DNA of 63,806 nucleotides, counting the filler, from Octopus bimaculoides (lineage: Eukaryota): NCBI RefSeq assembly GCF_001194135.2. It is 5 parts of 4 records of this genome, joined end to end, with 100 filler letters (N's around TTAATTAATTAA, not from the genome) between each part and the next. Parts side by side here need not be neighbours in the genome. Positions count along the whole stretch, not along the records: positions 49,127 to 61,269 come from NC_068981.1; positions 61,370 to 63,806 come from NW_026398903.1; 3 more parts are not named here. One strand, given 5' to 3'. Positions 51,736-63,654 of this stretch are shown piece after piece. The notes beneath the pieces are model-generated. The model did no database searches and was not told the origin of the DNA. It saw only the letters and a list, made by a program, of their open reading frames with translations. The position numbers were made by a program, and so were the translations under genes. How positions within the stretch are numbered: position 1 is the first letter of the stretch; every line of letters starts with the position of its first letter.

Positions 51736-52299
51736 CATACAGATAAGCAGACGTAGACATACACGTGTATGTAGAAATACATATGTACATTCTATATCAA
51801 TACATCCACTCATTTGTGAACCACTTCAAAAGAACAGTTTATATAATACTGAAAAAATAGCAGGGAACTGAAAACAAATATGGCCATCAATGCTGCTTTC
51901 CATTGATTGTGTTTTAGTCAATAACTTGATCATCTTGATTTTCTGGCTTTGAAATGGTTCAAGAGGCTGGAACTAGATTTCTTTCTAATTTCCAGTAAGG
52001 AGGAGAGAGATTACTTTAAGTACTTCAAGATGGATTCACTGATCAATTGATTAGAAATTGAGATATGAAGTAGTTCTGTACTCAATGCGGTACTTCGGTA
52101 TAATAGAAATTATTGAAGTGGAGATTAAGATTAAACGATTATGTCAGTTATGTAGTTTCTCAAACAGATCAGGTCGATAAATATCAATAATAAATACATT
52201 CTACTATTCTCTCATCGGCACCAGGATGCACAATATTGAGGAGAAGCATGGTCGATTGTATCGAAGTGAGTAATTCAATGGTACTTTATTATCTCGATG

Positions 52300-52470
52300 A
52301 AGGGGCGTAGCCTCGAGGTTAGGCTATTTGCACTCACGATCACTAGATCGTGGTTTCGATTTCAGGACCCGGTGGCACGTTGTGTTCTTCAGCAAAACAT
52401 TTCATTTCATGTTATTCCAGTCCATTCAGCTGTAAATGAGTAAACCCTGCGCCACACTCGTATCCCTTTC
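52300..52470 (+). mobile_element. Degenerate tRNA-head SINE (family C-like)
   Basis: ggcgtagcctcgaggttag..ggtttcgatttc..tgtgttcttcagcaaaaca..cagtccattcagctgtaaatgagta. Confidence 0.6.
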
Positions 52471-53384
52471 AGAGGTAATGTTGGGATCTCAGTTATCCCT
52501 TTTCAGGAGTAATGTTGGGATCTCAATTATATGCCATGGAAACCTGGTAACCGACCCAAGAGAAGATTCCATAAACTGAAGAATCTTCTTTCACCTCAGA
52601 ATTATTCCACTCTTGAGGAGAAGGTACAACTATTTATTATTCAATGCCTCGGTCGGAATACCCGACAGAGTGCGTTGTAATATTTTAGCTGCATCTCTTT
52701 ATGTTCTAATTTCAAATCCCGGTTCAGCTTTAGCTTTTATACATCCTAGGACAATAAATTATGTTCAGGTTAATTACTGGTATCGATTACATTGTCTGCT
52801 CTAATCCCCTATGTAGTCTTGCCTGAAAATTAACAAGCACTTTTGGAAGAGCGGTTTCTAATCACAATGAGTGAAAGGTTGTCTGAAGGGACCAAGGATT
52901 AGACAAGATTAGTCACCCAGAAACAAGGATAGCCGAAGTTAGGAGCCTAGGGTTGAAAAAACAAAAGTTCGTTTATGGTTAGTTATAAATGCGCAGCACT
53001 TTGGCAGAATTTCTTTTACGATACGCTTCAAAGAAAGATAACACTGAAGGAAAGGAGGGGGAGACCTCCATGAGATGAACGATATCAACTCATGGATGAT
53101 AGATATCAACTCATGGATGATAGATATCAGCGTCTGTTGCAAGGATTAGAACCAAATTTTTGGTCGGGGACTAAGCCATGAGTCATAGATTTTCCTCAGA
53201 CCCCTTTCAACGCGCTGTTCTGAGAGGTCCAGCAAAAGGTCAAGGCCTGTGTCGTTCCTCTTGGGACTAAGCGATAGAAATTGGGAAAAACTATGTCTGG
53301 GAATCCATCTGATTCCATTTAGGTCATATGGATTATTGCAATATCGATCAGGAAATATGGAACGGGATGAAAACGCTGGTACGA

Positions 53385-53424
<40 letters not shown>

Positions 53425-53588
53425 GTATGTACACACACACACACAAATTAATGTATAACATACATTTACACATACATGTACACACAATCGCATAGAATAT
53501 ATACACCCGCACAAACACGACACGGGGGTTAATAAGATGGTTGAAACAGAGGAAATATAGAGAAGAGTTTGGGGAATACAAATGGAAA

Positions 53589-53634
<46 letters not shown>

Positions 53635-53644
53635 NNNNNNNNNN

Positions 53645-53688
<44 letters not shown>

Positions 53689-53803
53689 GAGAGATGTAAA
53701 GAGGTGGAATTAAAAAGGAAAAGAAAAGAGAAAAAAGGATTTAGAAAATAACAAATAATGAGAGAGAGAGGGGTGCGGCGAGAATGGGAGTCTAGTAGTA
53801 GTA

Positions 53804-53839
<36 letters not shown>

Positions 53840-55488
53840 GGGTGGGATAGAAAGAAAGGGAGCGTGAAAGCATGTGCAATGAATAGTGTTACAAAGGAGT
53901 AAAGTGGGACAAATCGTCATCAAACGACGTTTCGTCTTTCGAAACATTTGTTTTGACTGGCGTACAATTTGAAACTTGTTGTATCAAATGATTTCTACAC
54001 TAAAACGCGAGATGTTTTGTTAATGCCTTTCTAAATAATCGAAAGATAAAAGCAAGAATTTATAAATATAATAATAATAATAATAACAATAATAATAACA
54101 ATAATAATAATATCATAGCCCGTAGAAATAACAGACTTCTTGTAGGCTGTATGTGAGTATATATATATATATATGTGTGTATATATATGTTTATGGGTGC
54201 GTATGTATGTGAGTAAAGGAAATAGGGTGTACATTAATGGGATAAACAAGATTTAATAACACCGGAATTACAAGTACATTACAGGAAATGAAAGTAACAA
54301 ATTAAATGGGAGATAAATAGTTGGGGGGAGGGGGAAGAGTGAGAGTAAAAGAGCAAGTGAGAGGAAATAGGGGAAATTGTTAAACCCCAATGAAAAGAGA
54401 GATTAAGAACGGAGACAGAGAAAATGGTAGAAAGGTGTTAGAAAATAAAGTGAAGAACTAACAGCTAAAAGAATGGTATGACCGGTTTGGAAAGAGTGTT
54501 GTTGGTGGGCACTTGGGTAATTTCGAGAATATAAAAGGTAGTTGAAGTAAAACACCTCTACACGACCCCTTCTTTTATCTCCTCACCCCGGGCACCCACC
54601 TCCTCCTACTGGAACTGACCCCTGGTTTCGACGGCCCCTCCCTCTCCGGTACATCCGGACCATTCTCTTACAGAGCAGGCCACACCTACATCGTCCACCG
54701 CTTTTATATTATACAGAAACTAGCAGTTTATCGATCTGCATTGTAGCCGGACCTATAAGCTATCGATCAGCTCGATGACCAATCAACGATCATTTCGTNN
54801 NNNNNNNNNNNNNNNNNNNNNNNNNNNNNNNNNNNNNNNNNNNNNNNNNNNNNGGTATCTATAAGGAATACATGCAACTCTCTCATTCTTATCAATGTTT
54901 TTCACTCAACACTTGTTGATTTTTTTCTTATTTCTTTCTCATTCTACAACAGACGGAACCAAAAAAAAAAAAAACAAGACAGAAAAAAGATGACAAATGC
55001 AGAATTAATTTGAAATTAATTAAACTTCATTTAATTTGAATTTAATTAATTTTCAGCCAAATAGGTCATCGTTATTTTGTGCAGCTTGGGGAAGGGGTGG
55101 GTCACGACTAAGAGGTCAAAGGTTGAGAGACGACACTAGAGATTTGGGTTTTTTTATTTAATTTTTTTGTGCTTTTAGTTTTGCGCGTTATATTGTTTTT
55201 GTTTTTTTTCGCTTAATCTTATTTGATTCAGTCTTTGGACTGCGCCCATGCTGGAGTACGGCCTTCAAAGGTTTAACCCAAAATGGCCCCCTGCTTTTAT
55301 CTGAATTCTAGTACTTCTTTTGGCGTCTTTTTGTCGAGCTAAGTCATAGGAACATTAACAGAGCGGCCGCAGTGAAGCACTGGGGGAAAACGTAAAGATG
55401 CGCGCGCACGTACATATTATACACGCGCGTGTGCGTCGGGCTTCAACACGGTTTCCGCTCCTAGAAGACACTTCATCAAAGTACTTAC

Positions 55489-55655
55489 TGTGTAGCGTGA
55501 CTGAACACGAAACGAAGCGTTTGCGAAACAAACTGTTTAACCACACGAACAAACGTAGATCTGAATACTTTACGCAAGATGGAACGGTCACGGTTGGCAC
55601 AACGGCCTGCTTGATCAGGACGGATACTTCTTGCGAAATAACATCATAATATATT
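55489..55655 (-). other. Candidate 167-nt exon of an unidentified transcript
   Basis: Minus strand: ttttttctctgtcaaacAG acceptor and CACA/GTAAGT donor; CpG-rich; one fully open frame (IYYDVISQEVSVLIKQ..). No protein family recognised. Confidence 0.35.
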
Positions 55656-56520
55656 CTGTTTGACAGAGAAAAAAACATTTTTTTTTTTTCTGTTTCTGTT
55701 GATTGTTTTATTTTAAAGAAAACGAAAACGCAAAGAGAAAAAAAAATATTTGGAAGTTATCAGAGAAAAGATGGTTGCAGCAGGCTTGTCTGTGAGTCAG
55801 CAATTAAAGGAATTTCTAAGACATTTCAATCTATTATATATCTATTTATAAAGAAGGAATGCAATAGACTGAAATGGTACACCGTGGAACTGTAAATATC
55901 AGCGTTCAGTTTCGATTGTAAAATCACGCAGACGACAAGTTTGGCTTACATCTATTTGGGGTCGATATAAAACCCGCCAAAATTGTACGAGGCACGAATT
56001 AGGGGCGATTCAATCGAGTTTATACACCCCCCCCCCNNNNNNNNNNNNNNNNNNNNNNNNNNNNNNNNNNNNNNNNNNNNNNNNNNNNNNNNNNNNNNNN
56101 NNNNNNNNNNNNNNNNNNNNNNNNNNNNNNNNNNNNNNNNNNNNNNNNNNNNNNNNNNNNNNNNNNNNNNNNNNNNNNNNNNNNNNNNNNNNNNNNNNNN
56201 NNNNNNNNNNNNNNNNNNNNNNNNNNNNNNNNNNNNNNNNCTCCCATTGGTATGATGCCTATGTGAGTAATACTTGTCTATTTTTGAGATGTGAGTTTGT
56301 GAGGGGTGGGGAAAGAAAGAGTGGTGGTGGGAGAACAGGCAAAATATACGAACACACACATAGACACAAATATATATAACCTACATTTTCATGTGTGTTC
56401 GTATGTGTGTATATGGGACATTAGTAAGGATAACACGTTTTACTTGCAGGGAGAAGGGTAAAAAAAAACAGTAAAAAGAACACGAAAGCAAAGAAAAAAG
56501 TATATTGTAGAAACTGTTGA

Positions 56521-56570
<50 letters not shown>

Positions 56571-56960
56571 AGAGAGAGAGAGAAAGAGGGAGAGGAAGGT
56601 AAAGGCGAGGAAGAAGGGGAGCTCACAAAAACTGTCCTGAATAAATAAATGGCGAAACCATGACAAGCTCTGCCAATCAGACAGTCTATTCATGGGTCAG
56701 GGTTAGATGTAGAGGTGGGTTGAGAGAGATGTGGATGGACAGGAAGAAAGAGGAGGAGGAGGAAGAAGTGGTAAATGGGGGAGGGGAGATGGATGTGATG
56801 GGTGACCCCCTAAATGAGTGTTTACGTTGGCAATCTGTTGTCAGGGCTGACAAGGGAAGCTGCACAGTTGAAACAATCATTGTTGAGAGGGGAAGCCTCG
56901 ACGGACGTCAAAGAAGCTCCAGTGTTTCATTAGCATTTCAAGTGAACAGTTTAACATTGT

Positions 56961-56997
<37 letters not shown>

Positions 56998-57080
56998 GTG
57001 TGTGTGTGTGTGTGTGTGTGTGTATAAAACCACACACTCGTTTATGAAGGTATATATATATATATATATATATATACATA

Positions 57081-57106
57081 CATACACGTTACACGTGTTC
57101 TGTTTT

Positions 57107-57140
<34 letters not shown>

Positions 57141-57170
57141 GCATAAAACAGAACACGTGTAACGTGTATG
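57081..57170. repeat. Near-perfect 90 bp palindrome: 30 bp arms around (TA)n
   Basis: 57081-57110 is the exact reverse complement of 57141-57170. Confidence 0.95.
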
Positions 57171-58163
57171 CATGAAAATTTTATACACACAGACATGATA
57201 TAATGCCTGTATATATGAAGTGTGTGTGATGCACGCAAACACTATATTCTTTTTTTTTCTTTTTAATTTTTAGAATAGGCCGAGTGTGAGAGAGAAAAAA
57301 AACAGGCGGGGTTGAAAAGAAAACGATGAGGCGAAATTGTAAAGAGTTCGAATTATAAATGGTTGTAATAGGTTGTGGGGTGGAGAGAGGATGGAGAACG
57401 CAGAAGGAAAAGAAGAAGAAGAGGAAAATAACCCCAAATATTTGTGTTGGTGGATAGATTTTTGTGAAATGGCTGAATAGGTAACGCTGAGTAAAGTAAA
57501 CAACAATATAGCAACACGAACGATGATGATGATGATGATGATGATGATGATAATGGTGGTGGTTTCATTATTAACCACGAAGGTTAATAAGAAGTGAGGC
57601 GGGGGGGAGAAAGATGAAGAGAAAACAGAGTGCAGGATGTGTTTGTGAATAAATAGGTGAGTGTATATTTGTATATAAATGCAGAACAAATGACATAATG
57701 AGGGAACTGTCGGTTTTTGGTTCAAGAGAGGGGGAAAAAACAACAGAAGTCTCCGATTTCTCCGGATTGCATTTGGAAAATAGAAATGGAAGATTTAGAA
57801 AGATTTTTCTGATAAAAAGTGGGGAATCTCCCTAGGGAGTTGTTCATAACAACACTATAGGGTGCATACTTTCGTGTGTGTGTGTGTGTGTGTGTGTGGT
57901 GTCTGGCTGTGTTTTTATGAGACGTATTTTGTGTGTGAACCACACTGTTGTTTTTGTTTTTTCTTTAGTTATACATAACAAGAGGTGCAGAGTACAGCGC
58001 TGCGAAAATGTTTCTATATATGTGTGTGGAGAGAGAGAGAGTGAGAGAGAGAAATAATGAAAGGGAGGGGGAGGAGGACAGGGGGAGGAGGAGAGGGAGA
58101 GAATTAGTGAAAGAGTAACAGAAAAGTATCAACGACATAAAATCAAAAAAACTTAACATCTCT

Positions 58164-58203
<40 letters not shown>

Positions 58204-58546
58204 CTGCATGGTTCTATTCAGTCACAATGATGTAATATTTTGTGTTAAATAAATCCAGTGGTCATGTGTCCACAAAATATATTTTATTTCCCAGTCAGTC
58301 TCATAACGAGTGACCTAGGGCTAAACAGCTATCAACAAGTATCAGATCTTTCTTCAGGCGGCAACTGGCACAAGACACGATTTCGCCCTTGTCTCGATAT
58401 GTGTGTGTGTGTGAGTGTGTGTCTATAGGTTAATAGCAGAATTCGTTAGAATCTAGATATTTCAGCATGTAGAACGCAATGCCGGGTACTGGGCCACACT
58501 GGAACAACTTGTCCTTTCCTGGTTTTATATTCTAAGTATGTACATA

Positions 58547-58925
58547 TAGGTGCAAGAGTGGCTGTGTGGTAAGTAGCTTGCTTACCAATCACATGGATCC
58601 GGGTTCAGTCTAACTGCGTGGCACCTTGGGCAAGTGTTTTCTACTATAGCCTCGGGCCGACTAAAGCCTTGCTAGTGGATTTGGTAGACGGAAACTGAAA
58701 GAAGCTAAGGCGGCGAGCTGGCAGAAACGTTAGCATGCCGGGCGAAATGCTTAGCGGTATTTCGTCTGCCGCTATGTTCTGAGTTCAAATTCCGCTGAGG
58801 TCGACTTTGCATTTCATCCTTTCGGGGTCGATTAAATAAGTACCAGTTACACACTGGGGTCGATGTAATCGACTTAATCCGTTTGTCTGTCCCCTCTGTG
58901 TGTAGTTCCTTGTGGGCAGTAAAGA
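58547..58925 (+). mobile_element. SINE A 5' half (58547-58705) joined directly to a full SINE B (58706-58925)
   Basis: Junction gaaagaagc/taaggcggcgagctggcag. Confidence 0.88.
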
Positions 58926-59151
58926 AACATCAAACTAANNNNNNNNNNNNNNNNNNNNNNNNNNNNNNNNNNNNNNNNNNNNNNNNNNNNNNNNNNNNNN
59001 NNNNNNNNNNNNNNNNNNNNNNNNNNNNNNNNNNNNNNNNNNNNNNNNNNNNNNNNNNNNNNNNNNNNNNNNNNNNNNNNNNNNNNNNNNNNNNNNNNNN
59101 NNNNNNNNNNNNNNNNNNNNNNNNNNNNNNNNNNNNNNNNNNNNNNNNNNN

Positions 59152-59189
<38 letters not shown>

Positions 59190-59935
59190 GTACACACACC
59201 GTATTTTCCGGCATACTAGTCGAATTGTTTAGATTAAAATTCACACTCAAAAAAGGTCGTTTAACTTATACACCAAGATGACTTTGAGAGACCGGAAATT
59301 CTCCGTAAAATACTTCAGGATTTCGAACGATAGAGATGAGGCTTAAATGTTTAAGCTACGCATATTTACACTGTAAACTACCTCGATTTGTATGCCAGAT
59401 AATATACGTGTATATATGTTCTGACTCATGCTTTTTCCTGTACGCCACCATCGTGCAGGAGAAAGCATGTGATTGGAATACATTATGGCAAATACCAAAA
59501 TGTATTCTAATAGAAATAAGAGAAACGGAGATTAAAGAACGAGGTATCTTTTGATAAGTCACCTGACAAGACACATCCGCACCGCATGGTGCACCACATC
59601 CATTCGTACAGAATCTCATCCGTGAGGGGCTCGATGCGGGATGGGTCGAAACAATCGTAGTGATTAATAAAGAATCTCGTGAAATTCGTTTTCCCTTTCT
59701 CTCATATTTTATACACACACACATGTATGTATGTATATAGGAAGTAAATAAAAGGATGTACCAGTAATATAAGAGGTACTTTATAATTGACGATGCCTTA
59801 TATCTAAAATGTGTTTTGAACTTGATATAAATCAATATTATCATTAATTTCTTAGATACATACTAGAAACCATCTAATGTTTAGGAAATCACCCTACAGC
59901 TACTACGCACAGCGCCGCTATCACCACCACAACGC

Positions 59936-59974
<39 letters not shown>

Positions 59975-59975
<1 letters not shown>

Positions 59976-60180
59976 GCTCAGTAGTTTTATTTTTATAACG
60001 TGCTTTCACTTCGCTACCGAGCGCAGCTCTGTGCACCTTGGGTATGTGCTGTGGTTTGCTGTGGTGCTCTTATGTTTACTGTATTGAAAGTGTTTTGCGT
60101 AGAATGTGTGCAGTACCCAGTAGTGCAATTTTCTGTATGTTATATATATTTGTAAGTCCTGGTGTTTTTGTTATGTATTT
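59975..60180 (-). mobile_element. R4/Dong-type LINE 3' end (subfamily d)
   Basis: NIQKIALLGTAHILRKTLSIQ* plus 3' UTR, then (AAT)n at 59935-59975. Confidence 0.88.
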
Positions 60181-60249
60181 GTCTGAATATTGTTATTATT
60201 ATCATCATCATCATCATCATCATCATCATTATTATATGTTTGACCTTTG

Positions 60250-60540
60250 CTTTGTATTTGTACAAGTTGGATCCAAGTCTCACCCAGAGACCTCAAGAGA
60301 CAACAAGTTAGAAGTTCATGTAGGTGTTATGCCTAGGGTACCATATATTTGGATTTGTACAGTTTTGTTCTAGTGAATGTTTAAGAAACCATAAGTAAAT
60401 TATGTGTTTGTTTTAAAAACTGATGTTACATAGACAGTATTTTGCGTAGGATATGGGCAGTTCCCATGAGCACTATCTTTTGAATTTCTGCCATTTTGGG
60501 GTTTCCTGGTATCTGAGCTAGGTAGCAACAAGCCCCTTTT
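60250..60540 (-). mobile_element. R4/Dong-type LINE 3' end (subfamily a)
   Basis: LAQIPGNPKMAEIQKIVLMGTAHILRK; 3' UTR homologous to 31345-31500. Confidence 0.88.
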
Positions 60541-61225
60541 GCTATTATTCCTAGGGTTAGGGTTAAACCCTTATTATTACTATTATTATTATTATCATTA
60601 TTATTATTATTATTTTGCAGTGATAAGACCGATCCATTGAGTGGATAGAAATATGTCCAGTTAAGTAGCTAAGCGGGGTGATCATCTGTAATACTCTTTT
60701 AGGGGAATGTTCCAGTCAGCCTTAAGAACAATCTGTTGGTTGGTTGAGCCGTCGCCATCTTGAAAAAGGAAGAAGCGCGTATTTCAAGGTTTGATAACTT
60801 TTCTTCACTGATGTGGCAAAAATTCACTGCCACAGCGAAACTGTTCGGACAGTATTGTTGTTGAGGTAAAAACCTCAAACGTTGGCACAAAAAGAACATT
60901 AATAGCTGCTGGCAGATGTAGAGATTACATCGGGACAAAAGATATAACAGAAGGAGAAGGATCTGTGGCGGCGGCGGCGGTGGTGGTGGGGAGGGTGAAA
61001 GAAGAGGAAAAATAAGAAAAGAGGGAGAAGACAACAGAGGGAAAAAAGGAGACAGAAGATGCAGGAGAAAAAGAAAAGGAAAAAAGAAAACAAAATCAAT
61101 GAATGGTTGAGAAGAGCCATCACTTTTTATACACACATATACGCGCGCACACACACACACACTTATATATATATATATATATACACATGTATTTACATGC
61201 ATATATATGTGTGTTCTTGTATAGG

Positions 61226-61269
<44 letters not shown>

Positions 61270-61829
61270 NNNNNNNNNNNNNNNNNNNNNNNNNNNNNNN
61301 NNNNNNNNNNNNNTTAATTAATTAANNNNNNNNNNNNNNNNNNNNNNNNNNNNNNNNNNNNNNNNNNNNTATACATATATATATACATATATATATACAT
61401 ATATATATATATATATGCACACACATGTGGAGTGGAAAAATAGAGATAAAATAATGAGGTTGGTGAATGAATGAGGGTGAGTAAAAAAAAATTTGAATAA
61501 CTGAGAGGAAACACAAGAAGAAAATGGAGGAATCCTTGAGGAAAAATTTTAAGAATTGCTGAAATGAAAGAGAAATAAATATTTTTATTTGTGACGGATA
61601 CTATTTATAGATAGGCATTCTTCTACTTACAATGATAATCAGTTCTAAGACATGTTATTTAGCTCCAAAAAGGACATAACCTGAAATAAAATATTAAAAA
61701 TTTAAAAACAATCTTATTGCTCTTGGTTGGTCAGAAGTGGAGAATTGTGGAATACAGTATTGGCATTGAAGTGGAAGGACTTGATCAGTTATTCACTCAA
61801 CATCTCCAATTTAGACTTTTGCTGTGCAA

Positions 61830-62230
61830 CAAGAACTTATCTGCAACACCTTGACCGCTTTTTGACTCTTCTTGTCATCCAAGGTATAAGAAGCGTAAGT
61901 GTTGTGATCCAGCCACCATAATTTTAGTAAACAACTCAGAATTTGGAATCCATCTCTTTGAGAAGGGCAAATAATTTCTCCATAGGCACAAAAGCTTGCT
62001 GCATTTTGTTGATGAAATGACTTGGTTCTCGTTCCAGTTTGTGCACCTCCTCTTGCTGTTCATGAAGCTGCATCAACTCTTCATTTGCCAGTGGTTGCTT
62101 GTCAGCATCGAAGTCTTCCTCCTCCTACAAAAGCATTTTTCAGTTCTTTTGATAATCTCACCAATTGTTTGATTGCATCAGATATGTCAAAATCTTTGAA
62201 ATTGTTCACAAATTGGTGATATCACTTTCT
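61830..62230 (-). mobile_element. Tigger/pogo transposase C-terminal fossil
   Basis: QFVNNFKDFD..IKQLVRLSK; LANEELMQL..EP..F..MQQAF..EK.FA..KEMD, the pattern of Tigger C-termini. Confidence 0.65.
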
Positions 62231-62274
62231 TCTAAAGTCTGGTGCCGCCCTCCATTTCTGATATTTCTATAGAC

Positions 62275-62523
62275 CAGTGGTTCTCAACCAGGTTCCATAT
62301 GAGTATTTTAAGGGCCCCTGAAAAAGTGTAGCTTTAAATGTATTGCAAGAAACAGCTGGGTTTCTTTCTCTAGCATTTTACACAGCTTGAACCTACACAA
62401 GTTAATGTGTAACACAAAAGAAGTCTATAAAAGAGGATTTTAAACATCGAGTGGCTATGGGGGAACACCAGAATAAGATCGTACAGAAAGGCGTCAATAA
62501 ATAAAAACGATCGAGGAGCTCTG
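62275..62523 (+). mobile_element. hAT (Charlie-type) MITE
   Basis: Left end CAGTGGTTCTCAACC, degenerate right end ..CTCTG; candidate 8-bp TSD ctatagac / ccacagac. Confidence 0.65.
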
Positions 62524-62654
62524 CCACAGACGGTTCAGTTAAATGTTTTAAAAAATTAACTGAAACTAAAGTTCAGAGAGAAAAAGGCATTTCAGGGGAG
62601 ATAACTATTATTCAAGCTCAAGTTATCTCCCTTGAAATACTCCACACACGCACC

Positions 62655-63022
62655 TACTTTTATTTGACTGCGGCCATGCTGGAGCACCGCCTGTAGTCGA
62701 GCAAATCAATCCCAGGTCTTATTCTTTGTAACCCTAGTACTTATTCTATCGATCTCTCTTGTTGAACCGCTCAGTTACGGGGACGTAAACACACCAGCAT
62801 CGGTTCTCAAGCGATGGTGGGGGGACAAACACAGACATATACATAAATACATATATATGTATATATACGACGGGTTTCTTTCAGTTTCCGTCTACCAAAT
62901 CCACTCACAAGGCTTTGGTCGACCCGTGGCTATAGTAGAAGACACTTGCCCAAGGTGTCATGCAGTGAGACTGAACCTGGAACCATGTGGTTGGTAAGCA
63001 AGCTACTTACCACACAGCCACT
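62655..63022 (-). mobile_element. SINE family A, full length
   Basis: Reverse complement of the 51273 copy; head abuts (TA)n. Confidence 0.9.
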
Positions 63023-63556
63023 ATATATATATATATNNNNNNNNNNNNNNNNNNNNNNNNNNNNNNNTATATATATTAAATAAAGTTGCATCAAACAATG
63101 TCTTTGTGCATCATTTAAATGACTGGATTGTAGCGGCTTTTGTAGAACCATAGTTAAAAACCTTGGGCTAAACAATAACAGCTGTCAGTGTTAAGAGAAG
63201 AAAAATCATTGAGGAAATGACTTCGCTGAATGAGACAAGCATTGAAGGCAGATGAGAAGTAGAGGAAGTAAGATTTGGACTTGCCACCAGAAACTCTGAC
63301 AAGAGCTTGTCATCTCTGATCTACAAAAAAAAGAAATGAATGAAAAGATAGATGAGGAGTGCGTGGATGGGGAGATGTCATCGAAAAGAAATGGTAAAAT
63401 GCATCTGGCAATCTTGCTGGCCCATACCAAGGTGAGTTTTCATATCCCTCTGATATTTATTGAATGTATAAGAGATGTTATTTTGGGACAAATACCATAG
63501 TAACTGGCCTAGCAGCAATGTATATACATTAAATATTTTAATTAAGTACTATTTTA

Positions 63557-63593
63557 ATTAGGTGCAGAAGTGGCTGTGTGGTAAGTAGCTTGC
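63557..63593 (+). mobile_element. SINE family A head fragment
   Basis: aggtgcagaagtggctgtgtggtaagtagcttgc. Confidence 0.7.
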
Positions 63594-63654
63594 ATTTGAC
63601 TGGGAGGGGTTGAAAGCGGTTTTGACTCTCTGGTCCCAGTCAATTGCTAGTCTG

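Noticed and set aside
52480-53130. Short tandem duplications (about 33 bp at 52482-52548, 21 bp at 53081-53129)
   Set aside because: Ordinary two-copy slippage duplications with no further structure.
59612-59668. CCGTGA..GAAACaatcGTA as a hammerhead
   Set aside because: The core lacks A6 and both stems need several wobbles or bulges.
60806-60875. CTGATG..GAAACTGT-tcgg-ACAGTA as a hammerhead
   Set aside because: Stem III and the GUA triplet look right, but A9 is missing, extra bases precede GAAA and no stem I forms next to the cleavage site.
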